In this document: piece after piece, positions 27,601-35,121 of the stretch
Position numbering within the stretch: position 1 is the first letter of the stretch
Layout: the number at the start of each line of letters is the position of its first letter
NCBI GenBank assembly: GCA_963715635.1
Contig: OY970261.1
Span: 1,086,438-1,150,437, forward strand
Source of the DNA: Candidatus Aminicenantes bacterium
GTDB lineage: Bacteria; Acidobacteriota; Aminicenantia; Aminicenantales; UBA4085
DNA: 64,000 nucleotides
Direction: 5' to 3'
The notes under the pieces: generated by a model
Seen by the model: the letters and a program-made list of their open reading frames with translations, nothing else
Told to the model about the DNA's origin: nothing
Database searches by the model: none
Position numbers and translations under genes: made by a program

Positions 27601-27797
27601 TAATGACCATTGATCCTAAAAACCAGCTCCGTTTCCTCATCCATCCGCTGTATCATTACAGGCTGGGCCGGATCTATGAAGAAAAAGGCGAGAAGGCCCA
27701 AGCCCGGGAGCAGTATCAAAAATTCCTTGAGCTTTGGAAAGACACCGACCCCGGCCATCCCGAGATCGCGGACGCAAAGAAGCGCCTGGCGGGATAA
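24684..27797 (+). CDS. Ser/Thr protein kinase (Hanks-type) with N-terminal zinc-ribbon, one TM helix and C-terminal TPR-repeat sensor domain, ~1038 aa
   Basis: CPQCQFENPGDTRFCGSCG zinc ribbon, GKGGMGKVYK glycine loop, HRDLKPQNIML catalytic loop, DFGIAR, TM (LFVPALIVIAVVAAGLFALFLI), then TPR-like repeats. Start ambiguous (24609/24654/24684) because the frame is open back to 24282. Confidence 0.8.
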   Translation: MKCPQCQFENPGDTRFCGSCGAPLRPSQESVSARTETMQTPRKELASGSLFAGRYQVIEELGKGGMGKVYKVLDKDLDVKVALKLLKPEIASDEETIARFRNELKVARTVTHKNVCRMYDFGRAEGTYFITMEYVPGEDLKSTITRVGQLSVGKTIAVIKQVCEGLAEAHRLGVVHRDLKPQNIMLDREGNAHIMDFGIARTFRTKGLTGGNVMIGTPEYMSPEQVEGKDIDTRSDIYSLGIILFEMLTGRIPFEGESVLSVALKQETQPPPDPRAINSQIPEDFSRLILKCLEKERAKRFQSAEEVLAELAKIEKGVPTTERVIPRPTRLASREITVKFTLKKLFVPALIVIAVVAAGLFALFLIPKKEPARHSIAVISFKNQTGDKAFDYLQEAIPNLLITSLEQSKYLRVTTWERMKDILRQLGKDAGGLIDEDLGFELCRKEGIEAIVIGSFVKAGEMFATDTKVLEVETKKLVRSAGARGEGVGSILKSQIDDLSRNISRGIGLSERKIAAAAPARIIDLTTNSMEAYNYFLRGRDDYEKFFYLDAQKFLKKAVELDPTFAVACLYLARASANLVDFKARDEAHEIAKKYSQKATEKERLYIEASYANIIERNPEKRFRILSELVKKFPEEKYAHSELGDYYEDQGQYREAIEELDRAIALDPNFGFAINQAAYDYARTGNIEKAVEYFERYASVNPGLPNPIDSIAELNLRIGKLDEAIAKYKEALAIKPDFYRSCEGLAYIFALKEDYAETMSWVEQFVEGAPTPSAKWEGIWLKAYFDYFLGRWDRSLAEYLALKKQAEKAEFSYGVATIDWITGYIYSDLGQFDLARRSFKGWIDYNFKQNPSTRTSDAARDGFQCAWVDLRQGRIEAAKAKLKEIESLLPAVDSANKKDMTFLYELLGTEVWLAEGSIDKAIALAEKIVPLDPPLMQTASLAFTNQPFLKDVLARAYWKKGELDKAISEYKRLMTIDPKNQLRFLIHPLYHYRLGRIYEEKGEKAQAREQYQKFLELWKDTDPGHPEIADAKKRLAG

Positions 27798-27800
27798 AAT

Positions 27801-27866
27801 CGGGGTCAAACCTACTCATTACGCACAATTGGCCAGGGGAATATGCGTAACGAGTAGGTTTGACCC
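27801..27866. repeat. REP-like palindromic element, copy 3 (opposite orientation to copies 1 and 2)
   Basis: Begins 4 nt after the kinase stop (27795-27797). Arms identical to copy 1. The loop ACAATTGGCCAGGGGAATAT gives the same GGGGA(A/G) loop motif on the mRNA strand as copies 1 and 2. Confidence 0.8.
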
Positions 27867-27934
27867 CACTAATCTCGCCAAAGGTCAGCGGTTATGGTAT
27901 TTTAAAGAGCGATTATTCGCCGCGAGGATATCCC

Positions 27935-29797
27935 ATGCATATTAAGAACAGTCTGAACGTAAAATCGGCCGTCGGCTATTTTTTACTCAGCGTTTTTGTG
28001 TTCTTTATCCTCTCGATTGCCGCGGACGGGGCGGAAACAAAAAATTTTTATTATCCCGAAGTCCGAATCGAGGTCCAGATTGCCGCGGATGGAACATTCA
28101 CCGTCGATGAATACCGGACTTATGAATTCCAGGGCCGCTTTTCCTGGGCGACGCTCTGGATCGCGCAACGCGTCGAGCGGCAGGGCTACGCCTATGATAT
28201 TTCCATAGAAGATTTTTCTGTCACCGACGAACACAACTTGCCGCTCCGGATAGAGCAAAGCATAAAACGCGAACGCTTCGAAGCCAAGTGGTATTATTCG
28301 GCCCGCAACGAGCGCCGCACCTTCCACATCCATTATCGGGTCCGCGGCGGGATCATCAGCTATCCGGAAGTCTCCGAGCTTTACTGGCAGGTGATCGGAG
28401 AAGGGTGGGACAAGCCTACTCATAACGCGGTGATCACCGTCCGCCTTCCAGGATCCGTGGCGAATAAGAGCGATATTCTTGTCTACGGACATGGGCCTCT
28501 TTCGGGCTATGCAGAGATCGTGGATAGCCAGACAGCCCGTTTTTCGGCCACTTATATCCGGTCCGGCCAATTCCTGGAAATCCGAATGGTTTGGCCGGCC
28601 GAGCTCGTTACCGGCGTCCCCTCGAATCGCCACACAGTGGACTCGATCCGCCGCGAAGAAGCGCAGTTCGTCCAGGATACGATCGCCAAGGCCAAGCGCG
28701 ACCAGGAACGAGAAGCGCGCAACGCGAAGAACCTGCAGCGCGGGTTCTATGCCTGGCTGGCCTTGTTCATCCTGGTGCCTCTCATCTGGCTGCTCTTTTA
28801 TTTGCATTTCTGGAAAAAGGTCGGCAAGGATTATCGTTTTATTGATATTCCTTCCTATGCCCATGAGCCGGCCTCCAAGCTCCAGCCGGCCCTTGTCGAA
28901 GTTCTTTTAAAAGAAGGGGCGGGGATCACGCCGAAGTCGTTCACGGCCACGATTTTCGATTTGGCCAGGCGCGGCTATATCGAGATCGAAGACCGGCTTG
29001 TGGAAAAGCGGGGCCTCTTCGGGAGCAAAGACGACTACGAAACGACGCTGACTTTGCGCAAAGAATTTCAGAGCGAAACGACCCTGCTCGGCTACGAGCG
29101 GGATCTTTTGGAATGGCTGTTCAGTAAGCCGTCCGACGATGCGCCGCAGGCCGGCGCGCGGCAGACGCTCGACAATATCAAAAAATACCTCAAACGCAAT
29201 CCCCAGACGTTTCAAAAATGGTATCTGGAATGGGCCAAGGACATCAAACTCGAGGGGAAAAAGCTCAATTTCATCGAGCCGGCGAGCTTGCGCATGCGCA
29301 ATATCTTTCTCGTTGTCACTTGGCCTCTGGCCGTTTTAACCCTCAATCCCGCCCTGGTCGCTCTCGCGATTCTCCTCATTCCGTTCATGAAGCGGCGGGC
29401 TCAACATTGGGCGCACGAGAATGAGCAATGGAAAGCCCTGCGGCGGTTCCTGGACGACTTCTCTGATTTTAAAGAACTCCCGCCCGAAGCGTATAAATTG
29501 TGGGAGCGATATTTGGTCTTTGGGATTATTTTTGGAAACGCCAAAAAAATCATCAAGACGCTTCCCTTGATTCTCAAGGACGAGCGGGCGGCGGCCCCGG
29601 TCTGGTACTCAGGCTACATCCAATCAAGCTTTATCAGCTCGGGAAGGCTCACCAGCATGATCAGCAGCATCGACCACATCTCGAGCTCCATCCAGCAGGC
29701 CAGCACTTCGGCGGCCCATTATTCCTCCGGCGGCGGAGGAGGATTCAGCGGAGGAGGCGGCGGGGGAGGCGGGGGCGGCGGCGGAAGCGCCGGCTAA
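27935..29797 (+). CDS. DUF2207 family membrane protein with C-terminal Gly-rich tail, 620 aa
   Basis: Signal/TM N-terminus, large extracytoplasmic domain, central TM helices (FYAWLALFILVPLIWLLFYL; VTWPLAVLTLNPALVALAILLIPF) and terminal SSGGGGGFSGGGGGGGGGGGGSAG, which is typical of DUF2207. Confidence 0.7.
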   Translation: MHIKNSLNVKSAVGYFLLSVFVFFILSIAADGAETKNFYYPEVRIEVQIAADGTFTVDEYRTYEFQGRFSWATLWIAQRVERQGYAYDISIEDFSVTDEHNLPLRIEQSIKRERFEAKWYYSARNERRTFHIHYRVRGGIISYPEVSELYWQVIGEGWDKPTHNAVITVRLPGSVANKSDILVYGHGPLSGYAEIVDSQTARFSATYIRSGQFLEIRMVWPAELVTGVPSNRHTVDSIRREEAQFVQDTIAKAKRDQEREARNAKNLQRGFYAWLALFILVPLIWLLFYLHFWKKVGKDYRFIDIPSYAHEPASKLQPALVEVLLKEGAGITPKSFTATIFDLARRGYIEIEDRLVEKRGLFGSKDDYETTLTLRKEFQSETTLLGYERDLLEWLFSKPSDDAPQAGARQTLDNIKKYLKRNPQTFQKWYLEWAKDIKLEGKKLNFIEPASLRMRNIFLVVTWPLAVLTLNPALVALAILLIPFMKRRAQHWAHENEQWKALRRFLDDFSDFKELPPEAYKLWERYLVFGIIFGNAKKIIKTLPLILKDERAAAPVWYSGYIQSSFISSGRLTSMISSIDHISSSIQQASTSAAHYSSGGGGGFSGGGGGGGGGGGGSAG

Positions 29798-29832
29798 GAA
29801 GTATCCTGGGAGAAACAATCAAGATTCTTTTC

Positions 29833-29861
29833 TTGACACAAGCGGACCGCCCCTCTATGGT
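29833..29861 (+). promoter_or_regulatory. sigma-70-like promoter TTGACA-N17-TATGGT, followed by ~145-nt structured leader before the PEBP gene
   Basis: Read directly. The downstream leader contains the hairpin ACCCTTTA...TAAAGGGT. Confidence 0.4.
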
Positions 29862-30006
29862 AATGAAAAGGAGATCAAAATCGAGGGCCTGTTCCTCCCT
29901 TAGCGAATGAGGAGCAAAGAGAGAACAAAAGAAGAATTTAATTTAGCAATATTCAACCCTTTAGCGACTCGACCGATGAGAAGGTTAAAGGGTCGGAGAA
30001 TTAGCC

Positions 30007-30465
30007 ATGGAGATTAAGATTACGAGCGCGGCTTTTCGGGAAGGGGAGATGATTCCCCGGCAATATGCGTGCGACGGGCCGGACGTATCGCCGCCGCTAG
30101 CTTGGAGTTCGATTCCCGCGGCGGCCAAAAGCTTAGCCCTGATTTGCAATGACCCAGACGCGCCGCGGGGGACGTGGGTCCACTGGGTGATCTACGACAT
30201 TCCGTCCCATGTCGCACAGCTGGCCGAGTCGATTCCGCCTCAACGTGAACTCCAGGACGGAACCAGGCAGGGCCGGAATGACTTCGGTAAGATCGGATAC
30301 GGAGGGCCTTGCCCGCCCGGTGGTACGCACAGGTATTTCTTCAAAATCTATGCGTTGGACCAAATGCTCGGTTTGGATTCCGGGGCGACAAAAGCTCAAC
30401 TGCTCAAAGCTATGGAAGGCCGTATCTTGGCCCAAGGGCAGCTCATGGGGAAATACAGGCGCTAA
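30007..30465 (+). CDS. YbhB/YbcL family Raf-kinase-inhibitor-like (PEBP) protein, 152 aa
   Basis: GGPCPPGGTHRYFFKIYALD is the PEBP signature. Confidence 0.85.
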   Translation: MEIKITSAAFREGEMIPRQYACDGPDVSPPLAWSSIPAAAKSLALICNDPDAPRGTWVHWVIYDIPSHVAQLAESIPPQRELQDGTRQGRNDFGKIGYGGPCPPGGTHRYFFKIYALDQMLGLDSGATKAQLLKAMEGRILAQGQLMGKYRR

Positions 30466-30535
30466 GGCTAGTCCTGCACCTAAACCGATCACCCTTCCAT
30501 TACGTATGTATTATAAAGTTAATAAGGAGAACGCG

Positions 30536-30802
30536 ATGAAAGAAGAAAAAAAGACGGGAAAGACAAGAACCGAAGAATTCAAGGTCAGTGGAGGTGAGAT
30601 CCTCAACAAGTTTAAGGAGCTGATCCACGAAGGAAATATCCGCCGCATTATCCTCAAGGACGAGGATGGGAAAACATTCCTGGAGATTCCACTCACGGTC
30701 GGTATCATCGGGGCTGCCTTGGCTCCGGTGCTGGCAGCGATCGGCGCCATCGCCGCGCTCGTTTCCAAATTGACGATCGTCGTCGAAAAAGTCGATAACT
30801 GA
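30536..30802 (+). CDS. DUF4342 domain protein, 88 aa
   Basis: AAGGAGA RBS. EEFKVSGGEILNKFKELIHEGNIRRIILKDEDGKTFLEIPLTVGIIGAALAPVLAAIGAIAAL matches the DUF4342 pattern. The track ORF 30209..30802 is a spurious extension. Confidence 0.7.
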   Translation: MKEEKKTGKTRTEEFKVSGGEILNKFKELIHEGNIRRIILKDEDGKTFLEIPLTVGIIGAALAPVLAAIGAIAALVSKLTIVVEKVDN

Positions 30803-30851
30803 TTCAGGCTTGAAATCAGGCTGAGCTTCCCAGCAAGGTCAAGCCTTCCAT

Positions 30852-32114
30852 TTGACAAAAAAAACTCCCAACAAACAGGGATCTTGGCTGTCGAAGATCA
30901 TCCTGGGCTTTATCGTCGCGGCTACGGGCGTCGGCGCGGGCGACCTGATAACAGCCAGCCTGGCGGGGTCGAATATCGGCGTCGTTTTAGTCTGGACCGC
31001 CCTGGGGGGCGCTTTCATCAAGTTCGTTCTTGCCGAGGGCATCGCGCGCTGGCAAATGGCTACCGGGACGACGGTCCTTGAAGGATGGGTGGAGCGGCTG
31101 GGGCGCGGAGTTCAATGGGTATTCATTTTTTATTTTATTCTGTGGTCTTACTGTGTCGGCGGCGCCCTGATCAACGCCTGCGGCGTGGCCGGCGTCGGCC
31201 TGTTTCCTATCGGTGATCCGCAGACATCGAAAATTTTCTGGGGCATCCTCCATTCGCTCATCGGCCTGGTCTTGGTCTGGTTTGGGGGTTTCAGGATCTT
31301 CCAGTATGCCATGTCGCTGCTGACGGCGATCATGTTCGTCACCGTTCTTTTGACCGTATTTTTGATCTCGCCGGATTGGGCGGCCATTGGCAGGACGCTC
31401 ATTCGTCCGGCCCTGCCTGCGGGTGGGACGGCCTGGCTGCTGGGAGTACTGGGCGGGATCGGCGGAACCGTGACGCTCCTTTCCTATAGTTACTGGGTCC
31501 GCGAAAAGAAAAGGATCGGCAGGCAGGGCGTCAAGGATTGCCGGCTTGACCTCGGCCTCGGCTACGCATTGACCGCCTTTTTTGGCGCTTCCATGGTCAT
31601 TATCGGATCCAGGGTAACGATCGAAGGGCAGGGTGCGACCGTGGCTCTTGTTCTGGCCGACCAACTCGCCCGCGTCCTGGGACCGGCAGGAAAATGGATT
31701 TTTCTTTGGGGATTTTGGGGTGCGGTGTTCTCCAGTCTTCTTGGAGTCTGGCAGGGCGTCCCCTACATATTCGCCGATTTTCTTTACCTGCGGCGGGGTA
31801 TGATCCTTGACAAGACCCCGGAAAACAACATCACGACAACAATAGAATACCGAGGCTACCTGCTGGCCTTGACGTTCGTGCCCATCCATCTTCTCTGGTT
31901 CAAAGTGCAGCAAGTCCAGCTTGTCTATTCCGTGATGGGCGCGCTGTTCATGCCCCTGCTGGCGCTGACCTTGCTTCTCCTGAACACCAGGACGGCCTGG
32001 GTTGGCAAAGAATTCAAGAACAGCTGGGTGACGAACGTCCTCCTCGTTCTGACTCTTGCCTTTTTCACCTATATCGGCATCCAGGAGATCATGGGCACCT
32101 TCACCGGCCCCTAG
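30852..32114 (+). CDS. NRAMP-like divalent metal cation transporter (distant), 420 aa; apparent TTG start
   Basis: About 11 TM segments. N-terminal GVGAGDLITASLAGSNIGVVLVWTALGGAFIKFVLAEGIARW resembles the Nramp TM1-2 region. The first in-frame codon at 30852 is TTG; no ATG lies upstream of the conserved TM1. Confidence 0.5.
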   Translation: MTKKTPNKQGSWLSKIILGFIVAATGVGAGDLITASLAGSNIGVVLVWTALGGAFIKFVLAEGIARWQMATGTTVLEGWVERLGRGVQWVFIFYFILWSYCVGGALINACGVAGVGLFPIGDPQTSKIFWGILHSLIGLVLVWFGGFRIFQYAMSLLTAIMFVTVLLTVFLISPDWAAIGRTLIRPALPAGGTAWLLGVLGGIGGTVTLLSYSYWVREKKRIGRQGVKDCRLDLGLGYALTAFFGASMVIIGSRVTIEGQGATVALVLADQLARVLGPAGKWIFLWGFWGAVFSSLLGVWQGVPYIFADFLYLRRGMILDKTPENNITTTIEYRGYLLALTFVPIHLLWFKVQQVQLVYSVMGALFMPLLALTLLLLNTRTAWVGKEFKNSWVTNVLLVLTLAFFTYIGIQEIMGTFTGP

Positions 32115-32160
32115 ACAGATCTCTTTGCCTGTGCTATAAATTTCTGATTCCAGAGACGAT

Positions 32161-33276
32161 ATGGCCAATCCATCTGTCAACGCAAGAGCCCTCTTGAGCG
32201 CTTCCTTAAAAACAAGCGCCGGGACTATCGCTCCGGTTTCAACGGCTGCCAGGCAGGCTTTCCGACAGGACTTTGCCCGCCTCCTCGACCTCGTTCAAAA
32301 AAGGTTTGTCGTTGATACCCGATACGGCCGCGACGAGGTTCTGGCCGGCCGGCTGGAATTTCTCAAGGATATGCACAAATACCTGGGCGAAATGTTCGGC
32401 GCTGTCTATGAATTCGGCCTTTATGAAAATCTGGTGGATGAATTTTCCTGGTTTGTCTCGGCGGCGTCTTCGCGGGGATTGAAGAAAGACTATTTTGAAA
32501 AAATGCTGGATGCCTGGCAATCCGCCCTTCACGGGATTCTCGAACCTGTCAAGGTCCGTGAGCTTGCCGCGCTACCGCAGTTTTTGTCCCGGAATCTGGA
32601 CGCTTTTCTTCGAATGCCCCAGCCTTCGGACCAGCTTGAGGCCGGTGCCAAAAGGCATCTCGCCCGGCTGCTCCTTGAGAAAAACAGGCGCGAGGCGGCC
32701 GAGGAGGTCCTTTCCCTGGCCAAGGAATATGCTTCTCCCGAGAGCCTGTTCCAGACTATTTTGGCGCCCGTTTTGCATCACATCGGCCGGCTCTGGCAAT
32801 TGAATCAAGTGAGCGTGGCCGATGAACATGCCGCTTTTGAAATCTGCCGCTACATCATTTTCCGCTTTTGCGACAGCCTCCCCAGGGAGTCGAAGAAATC
32901 CACCAGGGCCTTTGTCGGCTGCGTCACAGGGGAGGAGCACGCGCTGGCCGCGGAAATGACGGCCGAGGTCCTCGGCCTGAGAGGCTGGGCCGTATTTTTC
33001 TCCGGCCGGAGCGCGCCTCTGGACGAGATTCTGCGGTCCGCCCGCGAGTTCCGGCCGGATGTCATTTTTCTTTCCGTGAGTTTATTGTCCAATCTGCCGT
33101 CTGCAAGAGACCTGCTCCTGGCGCTCAAGAGCGCCGTCCCCGGCAGCCGGATCGTCCTGGGCGGCTCGGCGGCCCTGGCTGCCAAACAGGTTATGGAAAG
33201 ATATGCGGACGCGGTGGCCGAAAGTATTCAGGCCGGATACCGAAAGGCCTGGGACATGTTGAGGAATCATGCGTAG
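32161..33276 (+). CDS. cobalamin (B12)-binding domain protein: N-terminal unknown domain + B12-binding-2 helical bundle + B12-binding Rossmann domain, no DNA-binding domain, 371 aa
   Basis: IGRLWQLNQVSVADEHAAFEI (W..E..H, B12-binding-2 like). TGEEHALAAEMT (DxHxxG-like), FLSVSLLSN (SxL), VLGGSA (GG). Confidence 0.6.
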   Translation: MANPSVNARALLSASLKTSAGTIAPVSTAARQAFRQDFARLLDLVQKRFVVDTRYGRDEVLAGRLEFLKDMHKYLGEMFGAVYEFGLYENLVDEFSWFVSAASSRGLKKDYFEKMLDAWQSALHGILEPVKVRELAALPQFLSRNLDAFLRMPQPSDQLEAGAKRHLARLLLEKNRREAAEEVLSLAKEYASPESLFQTILAPVLHHIGRLWQLNQVSVADEHAAFEICRYIIFRFCDSLPRESKKSTRAFVGCVTGEEHALAAEMTAEVLGLRGWAVFFSGRSAPLDEILRSAREFRPDVIFLSVSLLSNLPSARDLLLALKSAVPGSRIVLGGSAALAAKQVMERYADAVAESIQAGYRKAWDMLRNHA

Positions 33277-34390
33277 AAAGACGGCCTGGAAAATGCTCCT
33301 TCATGACCGGTTGACAAGCGCCGGCTCGATTCTCGGCGTCATTGCTATCGTCTTTCTCGTCGGCCAGCAATATTCTGTCCTCTTTGGACTGTTTGGGTTT
33401 ATGTCGGCGTTGGTCGACCACAGCGGCGCCGATATTTGGATCTGCAGCAAGAACACGGACAACATCAACGCTTCTGGCACTTTGCCCATCCGATACATCG
33501 ATCGGATCGCCGGACTTCCCGAAGTGGAATGGGTGGAACCCATTATTTCGAGCGGAGGTGCGATCAAGCTCAAGAATGGCAAGACCCAGCCCGTCCAGGT
33601 CGTCGGTGTGCCGCGGCCCACTCTGACCGGAGGGCCCTGGCGTTTCGCCAAAGGCTCGATCGAGGTGCTGCTCGATTATGAAGGGGTAACCCTTGATAAA
33701 CTCGACCTTTCGACACTCGGCAATCCCGGGCTCGGGGATATCATCGAGGTGAGCGACCGACGAGTCCGGCTGGCCGGCATTACCCAAAACGTCCGCGGCT
33801 TCCAGGGGACGCTGATTTTCACTAACCTGCGGAAGGCCCGGGAGATCACCAAGCTGCCGCCCGATAGGACAAGCTACATTCTCATCAAGGCCAAAGAGGG
33901 ACAAAGTGTCGCCGGGCTCGTCCGTGAGCTGAAACAGCTTCTGCCGAAGGCGGAAGCGATTCCCCGCGCCGAGCTGGCCCGAAATACGCGGATTTATTAC
34001 GTCGTCAATACGGGCATCGGCAGCAGTATCGGATTTTCGGTCCTCGTCGGAGCCCTGGTCGGGATCGTAATCATCACTCTGACCATGTACACTGCGGTGC
34101 TCAACCGGCAGAAGGATTTTGCCGTGCTGCGCGCCATCGGCGGCCGGCGCAGGGACATCCTGGTCATCGTCTTCTATCAAACCCTGTTCATCGCCCTGGC
34201 CGGGGTGTTCCTTGGTTTCCTGCTCCTGGCCTCTTTTCTTTCCGGTGTCCGTGAAACGAACCTGCCGACTGGCATCCTGGTCTGGGTTCCCCCCGTTCAC
34301 GCCTTTTTGACGCTGGGGTTTAGTTTCCTGGGTGCCATCTTTGCAATGCGCCGGGCGGTGAAAATCGACCCGGCATCAGTGTTCAGATAA
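33269..34390 (+). CDS. ABC transporter permease, FtsX/MacB-like (4 TM with large periplasmic loop), 373 aa
   Basis: Overlaps the B12 gene stop by 8 nt. Topology is one N-terminal TM, a periplasmic domain of about 230 aa, then three C-terminal TM helices. Confidence 0.75.
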   Translation: MRRKTAWKMLLHDRLTSAGSILGVIAIVFLVGQQYSVLFGLFGFMSALVDHSGADIWICSKNTDNINASGTLPIRYIDRIAGLPEVEWVEPIISSGGAIKLKNGKTQPVQVVGVPRPTLTGGPWRFAKGSIEVLLDYEGVTLDKLDLSTLGNPGLGDIIEVSDRRVRLAGITQNVRGFQGTLIFTNLRKAREITKLPPDRTSYILIKAKEGQSVAGLVRELKQLLPKAEAIPRAELARNTRIYYVVNTGIGSSIGFSVLVGALVGIVIITLTMYTAVLNRQKDFAVLRAIGGRRRDILVIVFYQTLFIALAGVFLGFLLLASFLSGVRETNLPTGILVWVPPVHAFLTLGFSFLGAIFAMRRAVKIDPASVFR

Positions 34391-34395
34391 GAAAC

Positions 34396-35121
34396 ATGTC
34401 CACACCCGTCGTCCAGCTCGAAGAAATCGCCCGTGATTTTTATGACGGGAAGCAGCTCCGCCGCGTCCTTCAGCCCATCACCCTGGGCCTCTTCGCGCGG
34501 GAGTTCGCCGTCATCGCCGGGCCTTCGGGAAGCGGCAAAACGACCCTGCTGACGATCATCGGCCTGATCCTGAAACCGTCTTCGGGAAGAATTTTTATCG
34601 GCGATAAGGATGTCAGCCGCGAACCGGAAAATGTGCAGGCGACATTGCGCATGAAAAAATTCGGATTCGTCTTCCAGCAGGCCGACCTCATCCCCGGCCT
34701 GAACGTGCTGGAAAACATTTTGATCGCGGCGGCCGTCCAGGGCCAGCGAATCCCGTCGGCCGTCAAGAAACGGGCCAAGGATATCCTCCATCAATTCGGT
34801 CTCGAGACCTATGCCGAGGCCAAGCCCCAGCAGCTGTCCATGGGCCAGAAGCAGCGGGTGGCCATGGCCAGGGCGCTGGTCAACGACCCCCTGCTCTTGC
34901 TGTGCGATGAGCCGACCTCGGCCCTCGATGTGGAAAGCAGCAATATCGTCCTCGACAGCTTGAAAAAATTGTCCGCGGATGAACGCCGGGGCGTCGTCAT
35001 GGTCACGCATGATCCGCGCGTGTTTCCCTATGCCGACCGGCTCATCAAGCTGGAAAACGGCTCCATCATCTATGATTCCCGCCGGGATAAAGGAAGGGGG
35101 AGTGATGAAACGATTTCTTAA
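34396..35121 (+). CDS. ABC transporter ATP-binding protein (MacB/LolD-like), 241 aa
   Basis: Walker A GPSGSGKTT, signature LSMGQKQRVAMARAL, Walker B LLLCDEPTSALD. Confidence 0.9.
   Translation: MSTPVVQLEEIARDFYDGKQLRRVLQPITLGLFAREFAVIAGPSGSGKTTLLTIIGLILKPSSGRIFIGDKDVSREPENVQATLRMKKFGFVFQQADLIPGLNVLENILIAAAVQGQRIPSAVKKRAKDILHQFGLETYAEAKPQQLSMGQKQRVAMARALVNDPLLLLCDEPTSALDVESSNIVLDSLKKLSADERRGVVMVTHDPRVFPYADRLIKLENGSIIYDSRRDKGRGSDETIS

Noticed and set aside
29735-29797. GGC/GGA-rich tandem repeats
   Set aside because: Coding low-complexity run: the Gly-rich C-terminal tail of the DUF2207 protein. Not a CRISPR array or intergenic SSR.
30209-30802. 197-aa ORF overlapping the PEBP gene end
   Set aside because: Only the last 88 codons (from ATG 30536, which has an AAGGAGA RBS) match the DUF4342 pattern. 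The upstream part overlaps the PEBP gene out of frame.
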